A DNA stretch of 64,000 bases from Candidatus Parcubacteria bacterium (GCA_023128895.1 JAGMDC010000003.1:219651-283650), one strand, 5' to 3'; positions 44,341 to 53,006 are shown, counted from the stretch's first letter. Made by a program: numbers and translations. Notes: generated from the letters alone by a model not told the origin.

Positions 44341-44429
44341 CCCCGCTAAAAAAATTCGCTGGCGCAAGCGAGGACGCAACGGAAGAAGGAACACGGGGAG
44401 GAATCCGCCGCGCCCGAGCGTCAAAATTC
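44341..44429 (-). ncRNA. GC-rich hairpin-plus-terminator element, copy A (sRNA-like)
   Basis: Homologous to 62867-62944. The 12-bp stem has three G:U pairs on the minus strand only, and a TCGC...GCGA hairpin is followed by T7. Confidence 0.4.
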
Positions 44430-44486
44430 ACAAATTAATTTAATCCATCAATTCAAAAAAGCGTTCTATAATTCTAGAACGCTTTT

Positions 44487-44741
44487 TCATTTCCTCACAA
44501 ATACTTTTCCTTGTATTATCTTGTTTGCTGGACGGTTACGGTAAAAAGCGTGCCTTGCAAAAATCTGTTGGCAATTAGGGCATCTTAAATCGCGCTTTGT
44601 GCAATCTTCTATTATCCTGTCTTTATAACATTTTACCAATAATCCTTGGCCTTCTTTTTGGTATCTATAAAGCAGGGTTTTACATTTTGCGCAATAAACT
44701 TTTATCGTATAAATCTTGCTTTCTGGTTTTTTTTTCTTCAT
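44487..44741 (-). CDS. zinc-ribbon protein, hypothetical
   Basis: CAKCKT...CPNCQQ pairs, 84 aa. Confidence 0.45.
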   Translation of the reverse strand: MKKKKPESKIYTIKVYCAKCKTLLYRYQKEGQGLLVKCYKDRIIEDCTKRDLRCPNCQQIFARHAFYRNRPANKIIQGKVFVRK

Positions 44742-44790
44742 AATGCTATACCGATATAATTTTTAAAATATTATTTAGGCCAGATTAGTT

Positions 44791-45414
44791 TTATTCCGTA
44801 GAAAAATTTTGGGAAAGTTTTTCTAAAATTTTGAAATCTTCTTTCAGAATTTTTTTCATATCTGGGTTATAGGTTGCTACTGCCGGATGATAAAAAGGGA
44901 TAATTTTTACGCTCTGAAAAATGGCTTGCGTGTCAAAAATCTTTCCGTGGATTTTGCTTATCCCCTGGATTTTTTCAGCCAAACCGAATTTCTCTAAAAT
45001 AAAAGCAGTAGAATAATTGCCTAAGGTACAAATTATTTTCGGCTTAATGATTTTATATTGCCTCAAAAGATAAGGAGAATACGCGTCTATTTCTTCCGGC
45101 TTTGGATTGCGATTTTCTGGTGGTCGGTCTTTTAAGATATTGGTAATATAAACCTCTTCTCTTTTAATTCCTACTGTGTCTAAAAGTTCATCTAAAATTT
45201 TACCGGCTGCCCCGCAAAAAGGACGGCCGGTTTTCGCCTCGTTCAGTCCCGGCGCCTCGCCAATAAACATAATTCGCGCCTGATGATTTCCTTCCCCAAT
45301 AACCGGCAAAAACTTGTTTTTTGTCCTGTATTCATAAAGCGGACATTTTTTACAATTCAAAACCTCGTCTCTAATTTTTTTCAGCTCTTGGTCTATTTTT
45401 TCTAAATTTTTCAT
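44791..45414 (-). CDS. family 4 uracil-DNA glycosylase
   Basis: CKKCPL, GEAPG...GRPFCGAAG and HPA motifs. Confidence 0.85.
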   Translation of the reverse strand: MKNLEKIDQELKKIRDEVLNCKKCPLYEYRTKNKFLPVIGEGNHQARIMFIGEAPGLNEAKTGRPFCGAAGKILDELLDTVGIKREEVYITNILKDRPPENRNPKPEEIDAYSPYLLRQYKIIKPKIICTLGNYSTAFILEKFGLAEKIQGISKIHGKIFDTQAIFQSVKIIPFYHPAVATYNPDMKKILKEDFKILEKLSQNFSTE

Positions 45415-45421
45415 AGATGAT

Positions 45422-46066
45422 TTATGTGTTTAAGTTCATATCCTTGCCTTCTAAAACAATCATAGCGTGAAAATCTCTATAAACTTTAATGTCTTGGGGT
45501 AAATTTTTCTGAAATAACTCCTGAAGGCGGGCATAAAAAAGGTCCTGGGTTAGATTATGCTTTTTAACAAAACGACGGGTATATTCATCAATCACAAACA
45601 CAGGTTTATCTAAGGCATAAAGCAGGATATCATCAGCTGTTTCCGGACCTATTCCTTTTTGCGCCAGCAATTCTTTTCTCAATTTGTCTGTCGGCGCCGC
45701 AATAGCCTCCTTAACGCCCTTATAATTTTGAATAAAGAATTTTGAAATTTCAAAAAGATAATTTGCTTTCTGCTGATAGAAGCCGGAAGGCCTGACTAAT
45801 TGAGCTAATTCATTTTTGTTTGTTTTACTAAAATCATAAATGTTGCGTAGCGAACATATTTTACTCTGTTTCAGTCTGTCTATTGCCAAATCAACATTTT
45901 TCCAATTCGCGCGTTGGGCCAAAATTGCTCCAATAATTACTTCCTCTCTTTCTAAAAGCGTTTTCTGTCTTTTGCACCACAATTTCCACTGGCCTTCTGG
46001 ATTGCCGTATTTTGAATAAAGCTGTTTATACAATTCTTGAATTTTATTTGTTTCTTGTTTTTTCAC
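45422..46066 (-). CDS. HhH-GPD superfamily DNA glycosylase (endonuclease III-related)
   Basis: KGIGPETADDILLYAL...VIDEYTRR motif. Confidence 0.7.
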   Translation of the reverse strand: MKKQETNKIQELYKQLYSKYGNPEGQWKLWCKRQKTLLEREEVIIGAILAQRANWKNVDLAIDRLKQSKICSLRNIYDFSKTNKNELAQLVRPSGFYQQKANYLFEISKFFIQNYKGVKEAIAAPTDKLRKELLAQKGIGPETADDILLYALDKPVFVIDEYTRRFVKKHNLTQDLFYARLQELFQKNLPQDIKVYRDFHAMIVLEGKDMNLNT

Positions 46067-46090
46067 TTTGAATTGATTTTACTGCGAATT

Positions 46091-47245
46091 TTAATTTGCT
46101 GGTTTGATTCGCTGGATAATTTTTTGCTTTTCAGAAAAAGGGATTTTCATTTTTCGGACAACATTTTGAAAAAAATCAATCGTAGAATCATAAGTTGGGC
46201 GGTCTACAAAATAAGGAGTGCCGTCCTTGCCGCCATGCGCAAAAGAATAGCGGGCAGGATCTTCATATGATGGATTAGCTCCATAAATCACTTCCGAAAC
46301 CAAACTCAAAGCCCTGATTGTTTTTGGTCCTACTCCTTTCAATGATAATAGTTTTTCATAGTTTTCTGGTTTTTGGTCGCAAACTTGGAACAAAATTTTG
46401 TCTAAATATCTACTTTTAGAAAAATTCTCCAATAAAACAGGGTGCCAAGAAAATTCTTTATTTTCTAAATGGAGCAGTGTGGTTTTTTCTTTTTTAAATT
46501 TCAAAGCGAGCATATAAGACAAATCCGAAGAATGTTTTCTTAAAATTTGGATATCTTTCATTAAACTAAAATAATTTCCTTGGACTAATTCTGTGCTTAT
46601 TTCCCGCGCCTTCCCACTCTCCTCGGCTGTAAGATTTAAGGCGGCTGCTTTTCTCTGACTGGCAATTCCGGAATGCGGCTCGCAAACCAAGTCGGTAATC
46701 TTTTTAGAATACCAGTGATAACGTCGGGCTGTCTGATTATTAACATTCATCCCCTGCTGAACTACTGCCCAAGCGCCATTTTGAGAGAAAAAGAAGCTAT
46801 GGTGATAGATCTGATAACTATCCTGAATCAATGCGCTGTCAACTTTGGCCGTCATTTTTGAGTTATAAACGAGGTTATTAATATCCGGAGCCGGCAAACT
46901 TAAAGCCGCTCCCCATCTTTCAATTTCCTCCGGGGTTTTTCTGGAAATTTTTCCTTTGCCTCCGCAGATAAAAACGCCTAAATTCCTTTCGTCGCCCCTG
47001 ATTGCTTCTTTTAGGGCTGCAGTTAAAATCGTAGTCAAACCGCTGGCGTTCCAATCAAAAGCCAAAACAGTGCCCAAAGATTGAAACCAAACTGGATCAG
47101 ATATTCGTTTGATAAACTCATCTGGACCATATTCTTCAACGACTATTTCTGTAATTTCTCGACCTAATTTTACCATCCTGTCAAACAGCCATTTTGGGCA
47201 CTTTCCATAATCTAAAGTAAAAGTGGCAATACCTTTTTCAATCAT
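46091..47245 (-). CDS. DUF763 domain protein with C-terminal HhH
   Basis: The N-terminus GKCPKWLFDRM...DPVWFQS...DWNASGLTT matches my recollection of DUF763. C-terminal LKGVGPKTIRAL. Confidence 0.65.
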   Translation of the reverse strand: MIEKGIATFTLDYGKCPKWLFDRMVKLGREITEIVVEEYGPDEFIKRISDPVWFQSLGTVLAFDWNASGLTTILTAALKEAIRGDERNLGVFICGGKGKISRKTPEEIERWGAALSLPAPDINNLVYNSKMTAKVDSALIQDSYQIYHHSFFFSQNGAWAVVQQGMNVNNQTARRYHWYSKKITDLVCEPHSGIASQRKAAALNLTAEESGKAREISTELVQGNYFSLMKDIQILRKHSSDLSYMLALKFKKEKTTLLHLENKEFSWHPVLLENFSKSRYLDKILFQVCDQKPENYEKLLSLKGVGPKTIRALSLVSEVIYGANPSYEDPARYSFAHGGKDGTPYFVDRPTYDSTIDFFQNVVRKMKIPFSEKQKIIQRIKPAN

Positions 47246-47321
47246 ATTCTTTCTTTTATCTTATCAAAAAATCGCCTCTGCGGACAGGGCGATTAACGAT
47301 TAGTTTAGTGCGGTAATTAAT

Positions 47322-47723
47322 TTAACACTCAACAATCTTTACTATTATTTTTCTTTGTTCTCTGGGTCCGTCTAACTCAACTAAAAATATCTGCTGCCAG
47401 GTCCCCCGAATTAATCTGTTATTTTCAATCATTAAAGTTTTCCCCTGCCCCAACAAGCCGGAAAGAATATGGGAATCAGCGTTATTGTCAATTTTATTAT
47501 GAAGAAAATCAAAACCCGAAACTAATTTTTCCAACACCGCGAGCCAGTCCTGTTTTAAACCGGATTCATTCTCCGTTAAAATAATACCTGCCGTAGAATG
47601 AGGGACAAAAATCAAAACCAATCCATTTTTTACTTTGCTTTCTCTAACCACTCCCTCTACCCTGTCTGTAATATCAATCAATTGATATCTATCTTCAGTT
47701 GAAACATAAAACTCTTTAATCAT
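47322..47723 (-). CDS. YjbQ/UPF0047 family protein (secondary thiamine-phosphate synthase-like)
   Basis: VPHSTAGIILTENE...NADSHI motifs. Confidence 0.8.
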   Translation of the reverse strand: MIKEFYVSTEDRYQLIDITDRVEGVVRESKVKNGLVLIFVPHSTAGIILTENESGLKQDWLAVLEKLVSGFDFLHNKIDNNADSHILSGLLGQGKTLMIENNRLIRGTWQQIFLVELDGPREQRKIIVKIVEC

Positions 47724-47828
47724 ATTTTTATCACTCTTTATCCAATTATAACAAAAAACCGCCTCCTTGACGATTTTTTTTGGTGCGGTTCGGTCGCCCG
47801 AACCAAGCTCAATGTTTCATAAATAATT

Positions 47829-48641
47829 TTATTTTTGGCATATCGGACAATATATCGCCGCTCTGCCGGCAATAATTTCTCTTTTTAATTTATGGTTTTT
47901 ATTTCGAGGACATTCCATATCTTTATGTCGATGAGATAAAAGCCAATCGGTCTCAAATCGTATTCCATACATTCCATAAGAGGGCCTAATCTCAATCGCC
48001 TCTCTTAGAGCATTTATCGTACCTTGATATAAGTTCTGTTTTTCAATTTTAGATAAAGTTTCAATAATTCGGTGGGGATTGATTTTAGCTCGGAAAAGTA
48101 TCTCGTCAGAGTATATATTGCCAATTCCGGCAATATTTCTTTGGTCCAGCAAAAATGCTTTTATATTTTTGTTTTGGCATTTTCTCAAAAGTTCAAAAAA
48201 CTGTCTTTCAGAAATCTGCAACGGCTCCGGGCCTAACTCTTTAATTAGCTCTACGGATTCCGGATCTTTTTTTAAATAAATTTTTCCCAGCTTTCTTACA
48301 TTAAGCCACCGCAGTTCTTCATTATTATCAAATTTAAAAATTAAACGGCTAAATCTGTCTCTCCCCTTTCTCTCTGTATCTTGCTCGGCATAGCTTAAGC
48401 CGCCGGTCATGCCAAAATGAATAATCAGTTTTTCCGGAATCCTTGCAATGTCTATTATTAGAAATTTTCCCCTGCGCCGGACGTCTTTAAATTTTTTCTC
48501 CATCAACTTTTTCTTAAAATCAGAAAATCTCACCTCTTTAATCAAACTGGGGGTGCTGCACTCTATCGCAGTGATTTTCTTATTAAGGCCATTTCTTCTA
48601 AAATATACTTTGAAATTTTCTACATCAGGCAACTCCGGCAT
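47829..48641 (-). CDS. mutM: formamidopyrimidine-DNA glycosylase (Fpg/Nei family)
   Basis: MPELPDVE N-terminus, H2TH region and a C-terminal zinc finger ending CPICQ. Confidence 0.85.
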   Translation of the reverse strand: MPELPDVENFKVYFRRNGLNKKITAIECSTPSLIKEVRFSDFKKKLMEKKFKDVRRRGKFLIIDIARIPEKLIIHFGMTGGLSYAEQDTERKGRDRFSRLIFKFDNNEELRWLNVRKLGKIYLKKDPESVELIKELGPEPLQISERQFFELLRKCQNKNIKAFLLDQRNIAGIGNIYSDEILFRAKINPHRIIETLSKIEKQNLYQGTINALREAIEIRPSYGMYGIRFETDWLLSHRHKDMECPRNKNHKLKREIIAGRAAIYCPICQK

Positions 48642-49032
48642 ATTTTTCTATTCTACCAAAAAACCGCCTCTTTGTCGCCTACGCTCCATAGCTATGGCGG
48701 ACGAACCAACGAGACGGTTTCGCTTCTTTGTTTTGCCAGCTGGACGCTGCCTGCCCCGTAGTAAGTTTTGCTTTACTACTTGGGGTTCGAACATGTTTGA
48801 CGGAAATTTAAATGAACCCCAGACTTCGTGTAGGGTATTAAACCTTACACAAAGATTTGTATGTTTACCCCACCGCTTAATAGTGGGGTATTAAAAAGTC
48901 TGGGGTACATTTTCGCGTTCGCTCGGACCGAGCACTCAACGCGTTGAGTGCTCGGTCCCTCACTTTACTTGAAAATAAAAAAAGTGGGGGGCAGAAAGAA
49001 ATCTTATGATTTTTCCTTGCCTCCCTTGGACA

Positions 49033-49647
49033 TTATGGTTCTACCTTTACGTTCCAAGTAGTCTTTTCTTTACGAGTACCCGACTCGAGCTTTACTTTGC
49101 CTTTGTCAACCATACTTTTAAGTTTTCTTTCGTTGACATCTATATTTATCTCCTGGCTCATCACCTTTGGTAATTCTTCCTCAGAAATGCCAAGACCCAT
49201 TAGAGCTTTTCTTATGGTTTTTTGCAGAATCTCTTCGGAAATAGTAATTCCCTTTTTGGTGACAAAGCCGGCTGAAACGAAGACAGAAACAATCAGTGTT
49301 TCTCTGACTATGGCTGGATAACTAATTTGCAAAGATTGTCTCAGTAAATCTCTGTCATAACTCACTTTCTCACTAGGAAATGCAGTAAGAACAAAATTGT
49401 CCTTTTCCGAAATAAGACCTCGTAATCCCTTGGTTTTCTGGGCTATTTTAAGTATTTGTTCTCTGCCGAGACGCTTGGCTTCATCCAATCTGTCTATTTC
49501 ACATTTGATTGTATAGTATTTTCTAGCCAAGTCATAAAACTCCTCAGTGGTTTTTCGCAAAATATCCAGCTCAACATCTGGCTCTCTTCTTAATTGAACC
49601 CCCTTAATATGAGTCGGGGAAGTACCAAATCTCTCTTTTTTTGCCAT
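49033..49647 (-). CDS. hypothetical protein
   Basis: Start at the ATG at 49647 behind AAGAGGTGA. Behind leader cassette U3. Confidence 0.5.
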   Translation of the reverse strand: MAKKERFGTSPTHIKGVQLRREPDVELDILRKTTEEFYDLARKYYTIKCEIDRLDEAKRLGREQILKIAQKTKGLRGLISEKDNFVLTAFPSEKVSYDRDLLRQSLQISYPAIVRETLIVSVFVSAGFVTKKGITISEEILQKTIRKALMGLGISEEELPKVMSQEINIDVNERKLKSMVDKGKVKLESGTRKEKTTWNVKVEP

Positions 49648-49716
49648 TTTCTTCACCTCTTTTTATGTTACGTGCTATGTACTTCTAATCCTACTTTCTT
49701 AAACAAAAAAGTCAAA
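49648..49716 (-). promoter_or_regulatory. conserved promoter-leader cassette U3
   Basis: TTGACT-N16-TAGGAT followed by the leader TACATAGCACGTAACATAAAAAGAGG. Confidence 0.6.
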
Positions 49717-49856
49717 TCCGAGGCGGTCACCTCGGACAAAAAACTGAGCTCTACACGCTAGGCGCTGTTAGAACCTGTTTAACGAAAATTTAAATAAAAA
49801 AAATATCACCGTTCGTTTCCTACTAAGTGACCTTCAATGTGCTTTTGCTGCCAGTT

Positions 49857-50237
49857 CTAGGCATAAAACAAGCGAGCGAGGCTTTGGGTTAAAGAGCTAA
49901 TAAGGTCTTTATTCTCCGTCCAATGATGAATTGCCCGACACACGGATTCAACACTTTCATCTTTCTGTCCATGAATTGTTTTAGGGTCATCGGTTAAGGT
50001 AAAAACCTTACCCTCTTTTTCGACAACAATTCCGTGTGCGACTTCACCCAGTCCCCAACCTTGCTTAAAAAAGCCTTTTGGCCGGGCACGCACGATCGTC
50101 TTGACGCTGTATCCGTCAATAGTCGTCTTGTAACCCTTTTTAATTCTGCCGTAACTCGTTTCGACTTCTTCGCCCGTAGGCTCCCATTGAATCAAACCTG
50201 CTTGGGTAGCATTTCTTAAAAACCCAAATAGATCCAT
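49857..50237 (-). CDS. hypothetical protein
   Basis: Start at the ATG at 50237 behind TAGGAGGTG. Confidence 0.45.
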   Translation of the reverse strand: MDLFGFLRNATQAGLIQWEPTGEEVETSYGRIKKGYKTTIDGYSVKTIVRARPKGFFKQGWGLGEVAHGIVVEKEGKVFTLTDDPKTIHGQKDESVESVCRAIHHWTENKDLISSLTQSLARLFYA

Positions 50238-50511
50238 TTTTTTCTTTACACCTCCTATTTTTTTTATTCCTTTATCCAATATCCAATTTTGATTCCGACA
50301 TAAGAGAAAATATTTTAAATCTCTTTTCCTCGGTAACTAAAATTAGCATAGCACGATTATAAAATATGTCAATAGCCTGCTCCGCGGGTAGGACGTGTCT
50401 AGAACTTTGGATTGGGGAAGAAACGGAAAAATTAACAAAAATTACTTTTATATAAAAAAATAGAGACACAAGAATAAACTCTTATGCCCTTATGCTAATT
50501 ATGGTCTATGG

Positions 50512-50694
50512 TCAGAAAGTTTTACCACATCCATAACAATACCAAAATTCTATAGGTATTGGTCCACCTTCGCCAATGTGGTTTCTGCCAACACGTCCGC
50601 GTTCTTTACATTCTGGGTTCGGGCACCGTGGGTATTCAGAATAGGGAACCCCTAATTCGTCTATGCCAGAGCCTAATTCTTTCTTTTCGGTCAT
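50512..50694 (-). CDS. small zinc-ribbon protein, hypothetical
   Basis: CPNPEC...CYGCG pairs. Start set at 50694. Confidence 0.4.
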   Translation of the reverse strand: MTEKKELGSGIDELGVPYSEYPRCPNPECKERGRVGRNHIGEGGPIPIEFWYCYGCGKTF

Positions 50695-50873
50695 TTTATC
50701 TGATATTATTATATAAATAAAATATGAATTTGTCAATAGGGCTCCCCATACAGAACGCGTTTAGAACCATTGATTGGAATAGAATCAAAGAAGGAATGGA
50801 AGTTTTAAAATTTGATTTGACTGAAATTTAAATAAAAAATTGGCAAGTTAAACCTGCCATTTATATTGTAGTT

Positions 50874-51677
50874 TTATTTTACAAAGCTTAAACCGCCCAG
50901 TATTCTATCCCATTTTTCTTTTGATTCGTCGTATTGAATAGAGCTTTGCAGGTCTAAATAAGGAGCTTTAGCCACACAAATACTGTTGTTGTGAAAACCG
51001 ATATATCCGTAAAGAAAACTTTCCAATGTTTTTCCGACTGACGGCTTGTAGTCAAAATTTGCTAATTTTGATTGTTCACTGATACAATTGATAATCGCTG
51101 ATTCACCGGCCCAATAATAGGCTGTTATAATAATCAAACTATTTTGTTTTCCCAAAGATTGTAAGTGAGAAAAAAATTGACTTGCAGGATGATAAGGGAC
51201 TCCCCAGTCTTTACAATGACTAGGCCCTGAAAGCATATGATTCACAAACACAATATCATATCTCTCTTTTTTAGAAAGGTTCATTATATCATCCCAATAA
51301 ATATTTAGCTCACAATCTTTTGCTTTCTGTTCTACTGACCTTCTATTTTTTTTACGATGAAATTCCACCCCTTCTAGATGAACAATTCTTGCTCTCTTCC
51401 AACAGACTAAAAAGTCTAATAAGAAAGAAGCGTAATCCCACTTACCTGTTCCTACATCTAGAACCGTTATTTCTGAAGAAAGTTTAAGGTCTGCCTTTTC
51501 AAAGGCTTGTTCTAGCATGTCAATAAAAAAATAGTTCGATAAATTTCTTAAGCCCAACTGTTTTCTTTGCAAGCCGTAGCTATTTTCAATCCTTTCAATA
51601 ATTGTCTGACATTGTGGGTCTAGCGACACTAAATTTCTAACATTTTTATTAATCCGTCTCGTTTCAAACCAACTCAT
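50874..51677 (-). CDS. putative SAM-dependent methyltransferase
   Basis: VLDVGTGKW motif-I-like sequence. Weak call. Confidence 0.4.
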   Translation of the reverse strand: MSWFETRRINKNVRNLVSLDPQCQTIIERIENSYGLQRKQLGLRNLSNYFFIDMLEQAFEKADLKLSSEITVLDVGTGKWDYASFLLDFLVCWKRARIVHLEGVEFHRKKNRRSVEQKAKDCELNIYWDDIMNLSKKERYDIVFVNHMLSGPSHCKDWGVPYHPASQFFSHLQSLGKQNSLIIITAYYWAGESAIINCISEQSKLANFDYKPSVGKTLESFLYGYIGFHNNSICVAKAPYLDLQSSIQYDESKEKWDRILGGLSFVK

Positions 51678-51919
51678 TTTTTTTATCTCCTTTTTTTGTT
51701 TTATTCGGTCTATCCTTTAGATAGTCCAATTTATCTACTATTTTTAAATAAACAAATTGGACTATCCAAATCTTTTTCAAAGAACTAATAGGATATCCTA
51801 CAATATCAATAATGTTTTGTCAAATTTTTTACAAAAAAAATCGCCTCCTTGGCGAAAAATAAAAATTGTTCAATAAACGCTCAAATTATCATTATTTTTT
51901 AAATTTCATAACGGCACCC

Positions 51920-52642
51920 TTAAAAAGCAATAATCAAATAATTGCCACTTATCATATCTTTTAAAACATCCGTTCCGTAGCCATCATTAGCTAATACTAT
52001 TGAATCAGCCAAAAAATCAATATTTACTTCTCCATCTTCTAACGGTTCAAAAACAATATCGGCTACATTAGATTTTTGGTTTATCCCCGGGAACGGCTGA
52101 CCACAAATTATAGTTATCAGTCCTTGTTCTGTATTTATCTCTTTCTTTAAAAATATTGAAAAAGAGGAATTAGTAATATCTATTTCCAATGCATTTAATT
52201 TGTCTTTAGGATAAATAATGACAGCCTGAACCATGTTAATGGATTGACCGCCAGGGAGAACCATAACACTTAAATTTATCTTATCTTTATTGGATAATAG
52301 ATATTGATTAGAATCAATTAACAAGACCGCTTCTCTAATTTCAGCTTTTTGGGGTATTCTATCTGTATTTTCGCCAAGGGCCGGTAAATTATTTTCTTTA
52401 ACCTCTATGTTGCCAAAAATCTTCAGAGCAGAAGAAGGAGCGCTTGGCTTAATAGTATAAACCTTTTTTGAAATCTGACTATCTTCTGAATTTATAGGTA
52501 GAAATGTAGAAGAAGATATATTTTGTGCAATTGCATTAGTAAAAACCGAGTCAAGAATAAAACCCCCTGCTCTGATGATGGTCGGAAAAGTTAGGGTCAA
52601 TATGGTGATAATTACGAAAAAAATAATAAATTTCTTCCACAT
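51920..52642 (-). CDS. secreted protein, cohesin-like beta domain (tentative)
   Basis: Signal peptide followed by a beta-rich C-terminal region. Confidence 0.4.
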   Translation of the reverse strand: MWKKFIIFFVIITILTLTFPTIIRAGGFILDSVFTNAIAQNISSSTFLPINSEDSQISKKVYTIKPSAPSSALKIFGNIEVKENNLPALGENTDRIPQKAEIREAVLLIDSNQYLLSNKDKINLSVMVLPGGQSINMVQAVIIYPKDKLNALEIDITNSSFSIFLKKEINTEQGLITIICGQPFPGINQKSNVADIVFEPLEDGEVNIDFLADSIVLANDGYGTDVLKDMISGNYLIIAF

Positions 52643-52888
52643 GATAGTTATTTATAAAAAAAAGAGAAGCTCTCCCTCTCCTTTTGTTCAAGTTATAGTA
52701 TATCTTATTAAATTTGTCAACCTTTTAGGGCTCCCCCGATTTTACACCGCCCAATCTTTGTCTCGCTTTGCGAGGCTTTTGGGATTTCTCTTCTTACTTT
52801 GGTGAATTAAATCAGGTAAAATTATGGTAAAAGTTTGAGGACGAGAGAAACAATGAGCAAACTTAAAAGCCCCATAAAGGGGCTTCTG

Positions 52889-52976
52889 CTTGCTCCGCGG
52901 GTAGCCTGCCTGCCGGCAGGCAGGCGAAGGCAGGCCCAAGGCCCGGGAGGGAGGTTCTCACCACACCCGCAGGAAC
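52889..52976 (-). other. GC-rich structured element carrying a 14-nt copy of the tRNA-Asn 3' end
   Basis: 8-bp closing helix CTGCGGGT/ACCCGCGG (U:G on the minus strand only), a 22-nt perfect palindrome GCCTGCCTGCCGGCAGGCAGGC, and a terminator downstream at 52865-52885. Confidence 0.4.
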
Positions 52977-53006
52977 TATTTGAAAGTAAAAACGCCCTTG
53001 AAGGGC

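Noticed and set aside
22866-50840. Interpreting the GTTCTAA-core repeats as integron attC sites (cassette array/CALIN).
   Set aside because: - The core does not fit GTTRRRY/RYYYAAC.
- I see no paired R''/L''-L'/R' inverted-repeat architecture.
- No IntI integrase is present in the window.
- Each gene has its own promoter and terminator, unlike typical cassettes.
- I kept it as an unexplained repeat family instead.
52740-53000. SRP RNA, tmRNA or RNase P RNA in the GC-rich stretches (this region, 48.8-49.0 kb and 62.68-62.95 kb).
   Set aside because: By eye I could not find the defining signatures:
- the SRP domain IV GGAA/AGCA motif
- the tmRNA tRNA-like ends with a tag ORF
- RNase P GAGGAAAGUCC

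A covariance-model scan is still needed to be certain.
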